Below, piece after piece: positions 38,959 through 47,041 of a stretch of DNA of 64,000 bases. Each line of letters opens with the position of its first letter. Position 1 is the first letter of the stretch. Source of the stretch: an uncultured Gemmatimonadales bacterium (GTDB taxonomy: Bacteria > Gemmatimonadota > Gemmatimonadetes > Longimicrobiales > RSA9); NCBI GenBank assembly GCA_963816355.1, contig CAWFKH010000003.1, forward strand, positions 800,001 through 864,000. Reading direction: 5' to 3'. The notes under the pieces are model-generated. The model worked only from the letters and a program-made list of their open reading frames with translations, was not told the DNA's origin and searched no databases. Made by a program: the position numbers and the translations under genes.

Positions 38959-41660
38959 GAGCCCCCCGCCCCCTTCAACTTCGCCCGCAACTCCGGCAAC
39001 CAGTCGCGCACGAGGACGAGCCGGGCCGGCGGCGCGGCGCTCGCCGAGCCCTCCAAGGGACGGATCATGATGAACCGGCGGTCGTCGGGCGTGACCGCGT
39101 AGAAGTGGCTCTGGAAGTTCGCTGCGTACCCGCGCGCGTCGAACAGCCGGTGGTGGGCTCCGGCGGAGAAGGTGGAGCCGGTGGTGACGTCGACGGCGAT
39201 CATCTCCCCGGCGGCGTTGCGGTAGAAGAGCTGGCGCCCGTCGTGGGACCACTCGGACTCCGTACCGCCGTCGCTGGAGATCGGATAGAGCCCGTCCCGC
39301 GCGGCGGGGAACCGACACACATAGACCTCCATCCGCCCCGAGGACGACGACGTGTAGGCGAGCCAGCGGCCGTCGGGCGACAGCGCGGGACCGTACTCCT
39401 GGGCATCGGTGGCGACCAGGGGCACCGGCGTGGTGTCGTCGCTGGTGCGCACGGCCAGGATGTCTCCATTGCCCGCGTCTCCGTCGCTGGTGCGGTAGAC
39501 GATCCACTGCCCGTCGGGGGACCACAGCCCCTCCCAGACAGCACGCTTCTCCGCCATCGGGACGGGCGCGGGCCGCCCGCCGCCGTCCGCGCTGCGTTCC
39601 CAGAGGCGGGCCGTGCCGTCTCCCGGGGCCGAGGCGTAGAGCACGCTGCGGCCGTCAGGTGACCATGACGGTCGGATGTTGGTTCCCGCTCCCTGGGACG
39701 TGAGACGCGTCGCGGGACCGTTCGACTCCGGCAGAACCCAGAGGTCCGCCCGGCCGGTCGTGCTGTCCCGCACGCTGAGGCTGACCTTTGAGCCGTCGGG
39801 CGAGAGAGCCAGGCCGCCCGGCGCCACCACCGGCGCACTCCAGCCACCGTCGAGCGGGACCACCTCCGACCCGTCGCGGGACACCGCGACCACCTCGGAA
39901 GTCTGCTCGGTGGTCGTCCCGCCCCGGACGTACAGCATGGTGCCGTCCCGGCCGAGAGCGATGTTGCCGATGCCGGCCATGAGCGACACCGACGGACCGG
40001 CCAACTCGAGCCTCGTCCCGTCGAAGGCGGCGGCGTAGAGCCCTCCGTCGGTGCTGGCGTAGACGAGGTCCCCGCCGGGCACGATCCAGGCTCCCGTGGC
40101 GCCCCGGACGAGGGTGTGCACCGCACCGGTCCCGACGTCGACGACGACCTCGCTCGTGCCCCGCGTTCCTCCGCCCACCGCCGCCATGACCGCGTCGGAT
40201 CCGGGTACCGGCGTGATGTGCTTGAAGATGAGGGCTCCGCCGAGAGAGTCGGTCAGGAGCGTCGTCGCCCCACCGTCTGCGGAGGTGCGGAAGAGCCGAA
40301 AGCCCGAGCGACCGCCGAAGACGACGGTGCCGTCGTCCAGCCAAGCGGTGCCATAGCCCGCCGCGGAGTCCGACATCGCGATGGGGGCGCCCCCACCGCG
40401 TGCCACGCGGAGCAGCCTGAGGTCGGCGTAGACGACCCATCGCCCGTCCGGCGAGAACGATGGCGCCGCCTCGAAGCCACCGGCCTGGTGTGTCAGCTCG
40501 GCGAGCGGGCGCGGATCGAGCTCTCCGCGCTCCTTGATCCAGAGCTTCAGACCGCCCACCGTATCGGTGTACACGATGGCGGAGCCGTCCGGCGCGATGG
40601 CCGTGCCCCCGGCGATCATGCCGGGAAGCGTCGGGCTCAGGACGACGGTATCGCGCGAGGCGGGAGCCCGCGTCGGACCCGGACGGAGCCATCCCCAGAG
40701 GGTACCCACCAGCAGGACGGCCGCCGTGCCGGCCAGCGGGATCGCGGCGCGCTCCTTCCAGGGCGCCCTCGCGGCCCGCCGCCCGGCGCCGGCCGCTGCG
40801 CGCCGCCCCGCAGTTTGCGCGCTCGCCGTCGTGAAATGGGGATCCGCGAGCGCCTGAGCGAACGCCTTCGCGCTCTCGAATCGGTCCGCCGGCAGCTTCT
40901 CCAGCGCCTTCGCGACGCCCGCCGCCACGTTCGGCGGTACGGAGCGGCGCAGCTTCGTGACCGGCGCCGCCTCCTCCGTCACGATTTTCATGATGATCTG
41001 CTGGGCCGAGCTGCCCGTGTGCGGTGGGTCGCCCGTCAGCATCTCGTAGAGCACGCTCGCGAGCGAATAGACGTCGCTGCGCCCCGTGATGTCTTTCTCC
41101 GCCGTGGCCTGCTCGGGACTCATGTAGTGCGGCGTGCCCAGGCTGAGCCCGGTCTCGGTCATCCGCCCACCGGCCGCCGCGGAGACCGCCAGCGCGATGC
41201 CGAAGTCGGCCACCATCGGCCGGCCGTCGTGCAGCAGGATGTTCTCGGGCTTGATGTCGCGGTGGATCACCCCCTGCCGGTGCGCGTAGTCCAGCGCGTC
41301 GGCCACCTCCCGGGTGATCTTCACCGCCTCGTCCACGCCGAGCTGCGTTTCGCGGTTCAGCTGGTCCTGCGCAGCGACTCGCCCTCGACGTACGGCATGA
41401 CGTAGATAGAGGAAGCCGTTGGCGGTGCCCGAGTCGAAGAGCGGCAGGATGTGCGGGTGCTGGAGCTGGGCGGTGGTGGTGATCTCCTGCACGAAGCGCT
41501 CGGCGCCGAGCACGGCGGCCAGCTCGGGCTTCAGCACCTTGATGGCGACCTGGCGCTGATGGCGGAGGTCCGCGGCCAGGTAGACGGTGGCCATGCCGCC
41601 CGCGCCGAGCTCGCGCTCGATGCGGTAGCGATCGGCGAGGGCGGCGGTGAGGCGATCCAC
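38955..41660 (-). CDS. Receptor Ser/Thr kinase K3, with compensating +1 (~41405) and +2 (~41367) insertions
   Basis: GTG 41660 overlaps the K2 TAG. The hinge YVMPYVEGESLR is present in DNA but read out of frame (LRHAVRRGRVAAQ); otherwise kinase-TM-propeller is complete. Confidence 0.88.
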   Translation of the reverse strand: MDRLTAALADRYRIERELGAGGMATVYLAADLRHQRQVAIKVLKPELAAVLGAERFVQEITTTAQLQHPHILPLFDSGTANGFLYLRHAVRRGRVAAQDQLNRETQLGVDEAVKITREVADALDYAHRQGVIHRDIKPENILLHDGRPMVADFGIALAVSAAAGGRMTETGLSLGTPHYMSPEQATAEKDITGRSDVYSLASVLYEMLTGDPPHTGSSAQQIIMKIVTEEAAPVTKLRRSVPPNVAAGVAKALEKLPADRFESAKAFAQALADPHFTTASAQTAGRRAAAGAGRRAARAPWKERAAIPLAGTAAVLLVGTLWGWLRPGPTRAPASRDTVVLSPTLPGMIAGGTAIAPDGSAIVYTDTVGGLKLWIKERGELDPRPLAELTHQAGGFEAAPSFSPDGRWVVYADLRLLRVARGGGAPIAMSDSAAGYGTAWLDDGTVVFGGRSGFRLFRTSADGGATTLLTDSLGGALIFKHITPVPGSDAVMAAVGGGTRGTSEVVVDVGTGAVHTLVRGATGAWIVPGGDLVYASTDGGLYAAAFDGTRLELAGPSVSLMAGIGNIALGRDGTMLYVRGGTTTEQTSEVVAVSRDGSEVVPLDGGWSAPVVAPGGLALSPDGSKVSLSVRDSTTGRADLWVLPESNGPATRLTSQGAGTNIRPSWSPDGRSVLYASAPGDGTARLWERSADGGGRPAPVPMAEKRAVWEGLWSPDGQWIVYRTSDGDAGNGDILAVRTSDDTTPVPLVATDAQEYGPALSPDGRWLAYTSSSSGRMEVYVCRFPAARDGLYPISSDGGTESEWSHDGRQLFYRNAAGEMIAVDVTTGSTFSAGAHHRLFDARGYAANFQSHFYAVTPDDRRFIMIRPLEGSASAAPPARLVLVRDWLPELRAKLKGAGGS

Positions 41661-44341
41661 TACCGGCCGCCTCCCCGGGCCTGCTCCAGCGTCGCCTTCA
41701 CCTCGGCCGCCCAGTCGTGCACCACGAAGAGCTGCGGGCTGTCTCCCTTGAGGACCAGGAGCCTCTTCCCGTCCGGGGTCACGTCGTAGTTCGCGTGGGG
41801 CGCCGTGTAGGGAAGGTAGGTGTCGTTCATGAAGTCCTTCTGGGAGACGACGTGGAAGGTCGGCGTCCCGGACACCTCGGCCACCTTGAATTTTCCCTCC
41901 GAGCGGTAGAAGAGGCGGTGGCCGTCGCGGGACCACACCGGCTCGCTCCCGCCGCGGACGGACACCTGCACCTTGGCACCCGGACCCGGCAGAGCCTGGA
42001 CCACCACCTGGGGGCCCCCGCTCGCCGTGGTCACGTACGCGATCCACCGGCCGTCCGGCGATACCCGCGGCTGGTCCTCGCCGGCGCGGGCGGTCGCGAT
42101 CGGTACGGGGGATCGGCTGCCGTCGGCGGCCCGCATCAACACGTCGGCCTGTCCCATGTCCTGCTGGTAGACGATGTCCGCACCGTCCGGGGTCAGCATG
42201 GCCTCGAAATAGTCGGTGCTGTCGTCGGCGAGGAGGGGCGCGGCCGGAGCGCTCTGATCGGCCGGCTGCCACCAGATGGAGGACCGGGCGCCGCGAACGG
42301 TGCGGAAGAGAACCCGCTTTCCGTCGGGAGACCATTCGGGGCGCTCGTTGACGGAGCCCCCGCTGCTGAGCCTGGTCATGTTCCCCGACGCGACGTCCTC
42401 CACCCAGACGTCCAAAGCGGTGCCCGTGGCGATGGTCAGGGCGATCCTGGTCCCGTCGGGGGAGTAACGCGGATACCGATAGGCACGCGCGTCGGACAGG
42501 GCAAGCAGCGGGGTGTCTCCGGTGGCGTCGGCCAGCAGCAACGTCGCGTTCTGGCTGCCCCCCATGTACAGGAGGGTCCCGCCGGGGGAGAGCGCAGCCA
42601 CCGCCGCTCCCCACGGCGCGCCGACGACGCCGCTCGCCACCGCCACGGGCCGGCCTTGCACTCTGCCCGACGTGACGTCGAACGGCACCGCGAACAGGGT
42701 CCCCGTCTGATCGGCGTAGATGAGCCGACCGTCCAGCATCCCCAGGGGCGACGTCCCGGGAAGATCCAGGCGCCGGGCCTGGCCCGCCGCCAGGTCGAGG
42801 ATCCCGATGCGGGCCTCCTCGACGGCGCCCGCGCCCCAGCTCTCGTACAGCGCGTGCTTCCCGTCCGGCAGGGCCACCGGAAGGAGCTGCAGCGTCTCCC
42901 CGGCCGCACTGTCCAGCGGTGCGACCGGACGCGCGGCCCCGCCGGCGGCGGACGTGCGTTGGATCTCCGGGACGCCTGTGATGTTGAACAGGAGGTCTCC
43001 ACTCTTCGTCCACACGAGCGGGGAAGAGACGTTGCCGTACTCGCCGACCACCTGGGGTGCGCCCCCGTCCAGGGAGATCCTCTCGACCCGGCCGGCCGAC
43101 CAGAAGGCGATCGTCGTCCCGTCGGGCGAGAACGCCGGAGTGAAGCCGTCCTCGGATCCGGGCACGACGCGCGCGGCCGCCTCGTCCAGGCGGCGCACGT
43201 AGATCCTCTGTGTACCCTGCCGGTCGAGGGCCGGAAAGGCCACCATGGACCCATCCGTGGAGATAGCGAGATCGGAGCTTCCGGCATCCGTGAAATGCGG
43301 CTGAAAGCCTTCGGGCAGCGCCACCGTGAAGCGGACCACGGCGTCGGGGCGAGCGCCCCGCAGACCCCCGCGCGCCCCGTACGTCATCACCGATGATGAC
43401 AGCGCCAGCAGGGCGAGCAGCCAGACAACCGGGTTGCGGAGGTTCGCCCTCCAACCCGTGGCCGGCGCCCCGCCCTGCGCCCCTCGTGCCGCGAGAGCCG
43501 GAGCGCTCGCCGGGTTCTCCAGCGCCTCGGCGAACGCCTGGGCCGTGGCGAAGCGGTCGGCGGGCAGCTTCTCCAGCGCGGTGAGCACCGCGGCGTCCAC
43601 GTGGTGAGGGATCGTATGGCGCTGCCCCGTGAGGGAGCGCGGAGCCTCGGTGAGCATGCGTGCCGCGATGGCCTGGGCGGTGGAGCCGGTGAAGGGCGGG
43701 TCGCCGGTGAGCATCTCGTAGACGACGCACCCCAGCGAGTAGACGTCCGCCCGGGCGTCGATCTCCCGCTCCCCCATGGCCTGCTCGGGGCTCATGTAGG
43801 TGGGCGTGCCCAGGCTCATCCCCGTCTCCGTCATGCGCGACGAGCCGGCGGTGCTCACCGCCAGGGCGATGCCGAAGTCCGCCACCAGGGGCTGGCCGTC
43901 GTGGAGGAGGATGTTCTCGGGCTTGATGTCCCGGTGGATGACGTCCCGGCGGTGGGCGTAGTCCAGGGCCGACGCCACGGCCACGGCGATCTTCAGCGCC
44001 TCGGCGACCGGGAGGTGCTTCTCCCGGTCGAGGCGGTCCCGCAGCGACTCCCCGTCGATGTAGGGCATCACGTAGAACAGGAAGGACTCGGCCTCGCCGG
44101 AGTCGAAGAGCGGGAGGATGTGCGGGTGCTGGAGGTTGGCCGTGGTGCGGATCTCGGCCAGGAAGCGCTCGGCGCCGATGACCGCGGCCAGCTCGGGGCG
44201 GAGCACCTTGAGCGCGACCTTCCTGTCGTGCCGGAGATCCTGGGCCAGGTACACCGTGGCCATGCCACCCTCACCGACCTCGCGCTCGATGCGGTAGCGA
44301 TCGGAGAGGGCCTGAGCCAGTCGCTCGGCGACGCTATCCAC
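41660..44341 (-). CDS. Receptor Ser/Thr kinase K2 (kinase-TM-beta-propeller), intact
   Basis: HRDIKPEN, DFG, GTPTYMSPE; TM NPVVWLLALLALSS; SPDG repeats. Confidence 0.92.
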   Translation of the reverse strand: MDSVAERLAQALSDRYRIEREVGEGGMATVYLAQDLRHDRKVALKVLRPELAAVIGAERFLAEIRTTANLQHPHILPLFDSGEAESFLFYVMPYIDGESLRDRLDREKHLPVAEALKIAVAVASALDYAHRRDVIHRDIKPENILLHDGQPLVADFGIALAVSTAGSSRMTETGMSLGTPTYMSPEQAMGEREIDARADVYSLGCVVYEMLTGDPPFTGSTAQAIAARMLTEAPRSLTGQRHTIPHHVDAAVLTALEKLPADRFATAQAFAEALENPASAPALAARGAQGGAPATGWRANLRNPVVWLLALLALSSSVMTYGARGGLRGARPDAVVRFTVALPEGFQPHFTDAGSSDLAISTDGSMVAFPALDRQGTQRIYVRRLDEAAARVVPGSEDGFTPAFSPDGTTIAFWSAGRVERISLDGGAPQVVGEYGNVSSPLVWTKSGDLLFNITGVPEIQRTSAAGGAARPVAPLDSAAGETLQLLPVALPDGKHALYESWGAGAVEEARIGILDLAAGQARRLDLPGTSPLGMLDGRLIYADQTGTLFAVPFDVTSGRVQGRPVAVASGVVGAPWGAAVAALSPGGTLLYMGGSQNATLLLADATGDTPLLALSDARAYRYPRYSPDGTRIALTIATGTALDVWVEDVASGNMTRLSSGGSVNERPEWSPDGKRVLFRTVRGARSSIWWQPADQSAPAAPLLADDSTDYFEAMLTPDGADIVYQQDMGQADVLMRAADGSRSPVPIATARAGEDQPRVSPDGRWIAYVTTASGGPQVVVQALPGPGAKVQVSVRGGSEPVWSRDGHRLFYRSEGKFKVAEVSGTPTFHVVSQKDFMNDTYLPYTAPHANYDVTPDGKRLLVLKGDSPQLFVVHDWAAEVKATLEQARGGGR

Positions 44342-44361
44342 GGAGGCTCATCCGCATCGTC

Positions 44362-47028
44362 TCATCGACCTCCGGAGCCGCGCATCCGCGCGGCCAGCTC
44401 GGTGCCCCATCCGTAGGCGATGTCGTACTCCGGGGTCCGGACACTCCGGACCATCAGTAGCCGGGTGCCGTCCGGCGAAACGTCGTAGTTGGCGTGTGGG
44501 TTCGGGGCGAAGGCGTAGGTGTCGGCAAAGAGGTCGGTCCGACCGGTGACGGTGAATCCCCCGGCGGTGCTCACGGATGCGGCGACGAGGTCGCGACCAT
44601 CGCGGTAGAAGATCCGCTTCCCGTCCCGCGCCCACACGGGCTCGGCGCCGCCCGAGACCGAGATCTGCACCTGGCCGCCGGGGCCCGGAAACGGTTGCAC
44701 CACGACCTGCGACGTTCCCGATGCGTTGGTCACGAAGGCCACCCAATGCCCGTCGGGGGAGACGCGCGGCTGCGCTTCCGCGAATCGCGTCGCCGCAACG
44801 GGGTGGGACGCCGTGTCGCCCTCGATCGCCCGATACAGGATGTCGGCCTGGGTCACCCCCCCATCGTCCACCTGATATACGAGGGTCCTGCCGTCCGGTG
44901 TGATCACGCCCTCGAAGAAGCCGTGCGACTCGGCCGCCTGCAACGGCGTCGCGGGCGAGCTCTGGTCGGCTGGCTGCCACCAGATCGCCGTCCGGCCGCT
45001 GCGATCCGAGCGATAAAGCACGCGACGCCCATCGGGGGTCCACTCGGGGCGATCGTTCTGGGTGCCGGAGTTGGTGATCCGCGTCGGCGTACGCGACGCG
45101 AGGTCGTAGAGCAGGATGTCCGAGCGTCCTTCGGTCCCCACCGCCACGGCGATGCGCTTCCCGTCGGGAGAGAGCCGAGGAAAGGCGTAGGCTTCGGGCT
45201 TGGACAGGACCGGAGTGAACGGACCGCTCGGCTCCACCCAACCCAGCGTCCCTTCCCGGGTTGCCGGCTCGTACACGAGGGTCCCGGTAGGCGACAGGTC
45301 CGCGGTGGCGGCTGCAGCCAGCGTCGTGGCGACGAGGGGCCCGAGCGCCACCGGCGTTCCGGTCGCCCTTCCGCCGTCGAGATCGAAGGGAACGCCCATC
45401 AGGGCGCCGGAGGGCAGGACGTAGACGAGGGTCCCGTCCACGTAGCCGAGCACGTCCCGGAGCGTCATGTCGAATCGTCGGACTGCTCCCGTCTCCAGCG
45501 TCACCTCGGCCAGACGGGTCTCGGCCAGCCCCTCCGCCGGCGTAATGGTGAACAGCGCCGTCTTTCCGTCCGGCAGCGCGAGCGGCTGCCTGTAGAATTC
45601 AACTGTGGTGGAGTCCACGCTAGCCAGTAACCGCGACGCGCCGCCGTCCGCCGGAAACACGACGAGGCCGGGCGCGGCGGCGACGATGATCCGACCGGAC
45701 GCGCTCCACGATATCCCGATGGAAGGGGCCCCGGCGTCTCCGACCTGCACCGGTGTGCCACCGGTGGTCGGGACCTTCCGGACCGTCGTGCCGACGAAGT
45801 AGGCGATCCACTTGCCGTCGGGCGAAAAGCAGGGCTGCTGCGCTCCGTCCGTTCCGGCGATCACGTGGACATCGGGCTCGCTGAGCGGCCGAACGTACAG
45901 CCGCGACGTACCCGTCGAATCGGAAAGCGCATAGGCGACCGCGCTTCCGTCGGGGGAGACGGCCACGTTCGTGCCGAGGCCTGCGTTGGTGATGAGCATC
46001 GTCGACGGCAACGGGATCTTGAGCCGCACCACGGGGCGCGGCGCCTCGCGGTGCGCGGCACGCCACTGCGACGCCGCGACGCCGACGGTGGCCACCAGTG
46101 CCGCCACCAGGCCGAGAACGAGGGGGTGACGGGTCAGCCTGCGGACGGTCAGGGCACCGCTCGGGAGCGCACCCGTTGCGGTGGCCGTGGAGAAGTGCGG
46201 ATCCGCCAGCGCGTCCGCGAACGCCTTCGCGCTGTCGAACCGGTCGGCCGGCAGCTTCTCCAGCGCCTTCGCGACGGCGGCCGCCACGTTCGGCGGCACC
46301 GATCTCCTGAGCTTCGTGACCGGCGCCGCCTCCTCCGTCACGATCTTCATGATGATCTGCTGCGCCGAGCTGCCCGTGTGCGGCGGATCGCCCGTGAGCA
46401 TCTCGTACAGCACGCTCGCCAGCGAATAGACGTCGCTGCGCCCGGTGATCTCCTTCTCCGCCGTCGCCTGCTCCGGACTCATGTAGTGCGGCGTGCCGAG
46501 GCTGAGCCCTGTCTCCGTCATGCGCCCACCGGCCGCGGCTGAAACGGCCAGCGCGATGCCGAAGTCGGCCACCATCGGCCGGCCGTCGTGCAGCAGGATG
46601 TTCTCGGGCTTGATGTCGCGGTGGATCACCCCGTGGCGGTGCGCGTAGTCCAGTGCGTCGGCCACCTCGCGCGTGATCCGGACCGCCTCGTCGACGCCGA
46701 GCTGCGTCTCCCGATTCAGCTTGTCCCGCAGAGTTTCGCCCTCGACGTACGGCATGACGTAGAAGAGGAAGCCGTCGGCGGTGCCGGAGTCGAAGAGCGG
46801 CAGGATGTGCGGGTGCTGGAGCTGCGCGGTGGTGGTGATCTCCTGGATGAAGCGGTCGGCACCCAGCACGGCGGCGAGCTCCGGCTTCAGCACCTTGATG
46901 GCGACCTGCCGCTGGTGGCGCAGGTCCTCGGCGAGGTAGACGGTCGCCATGCCGCCCTGCCCCAGCCCCCGCTCGATCCGGTAGCGGTCGGCCAGGGCGG
47001 CGGCGAGGCGTTCGGGGGATGGAGTCAA
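44362..47028 (-). CDS. Receptor Ser/Thr kinase K1 (kinase-TM-beta-propeller), intact
   Basis: TTG start; all Hanks motifs; TM LVLGLVAALVATVGVAA; SPDG repeats. Confidence 0.92.
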   Translation of the reverse strand: MTPSPERLAAALADRYRIERGLGQGGMATVYLAEDLRHQRQVAIKVLKPELAAVLGADRFIQEITTTAQLQHPHILPLFDSGTADGFLFYVMPYVEGETLRDKLNRETQLGVDEAVRITREVADALDYAHRHGVIHRDIKPENILLHDGRPMVADFGIALAVSAAAGGRMTETGLSLGTPHYMSPEQATAEKEITGRSDVYSLASVLYEMLTGDPPHTGSSAQQIIMKIVTEEAAPVTKLRRSVPPNVAAAVAKALEKLPADRFDSAKAFADALADPHFSTATATGALPSGALTVRRLTRHPLVLGLVAALVATVGVAASQWRAAHREAPRPVVRLKIPLPSTMLITNAGLGTNVAVSPDGSAVAYALSDSTGTSRLYVRPLSEPDVHVIAGTDGAQQPCFSPDGKWIAYFVGTTVRKVPTTGGTPVQVGDAGAPSIGISWSASGRIIVAAAPGLVVFPADGGASRLLASVDSTTVEFYRQPLALPDGKTALFTITPAEGLAETRLAEVTLETGAVRRFDMTLRDVLGYVDGTLVYVLPSGALMGVPFDLDGGRATGTPVALGPLVATTLAAAATADLSPTGTLVYEPATREGTLGWVEPSGPFTPVLSKPEAYAFPRLSPDGKRIAVAVGTEGRSDILLYDLASRTPTRITNSGTQNDRPEWTPDGRRVLYRSDRSGRTAIWWQPADQSSPATPLQAAESHGFFEGVITPDGRTLVYQVDDGGVTQADILYRAIEGDTASHPVAATRFAEAQPRVSPDGHWVAFVTNASGTSQVVVQPFPGPGGQVQISVSGGAEPVWARDGKRIFYRDGRDLVAASVSTAGGFTVTGRTDLFADTYAFAPNPHANYDVSPDGTRLLMVRSVRTPEYDIAYGWGTELAARMRGSGGR

Positions 47029-47041
47029 GGCCGTCTCGGCG

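Larger units (their letters stand above)
32760..47010 (-). repeat. Six dispersed ~0.83 kb near-identical kinase-coding repeats at ~2.7 kb spacing
   Basis: Copies at about 32760-33570, 35440-36250, 38130-38940, 40840-41650, 43520-44330 (most divergent) and 46200-47010; 38315-38511 equals 41026-41222 base for base. Confidence 0.9.

Noticed and set aside
38955..43730. 1591 aa fused kinase ORF from the ORF track
   Set aside because: The upstream ~690 codons are an off-frame reading of K2; the real K3 starts at GTG 41660
30940..47028. Diversity-generating retroelement or shufflon diversifying the sensors
   Set aside because: No reverse transcriptase, no TR/VR pair differing at adenines, no recombinase or inverted cassettes; the repeats are the kinase coding DNA
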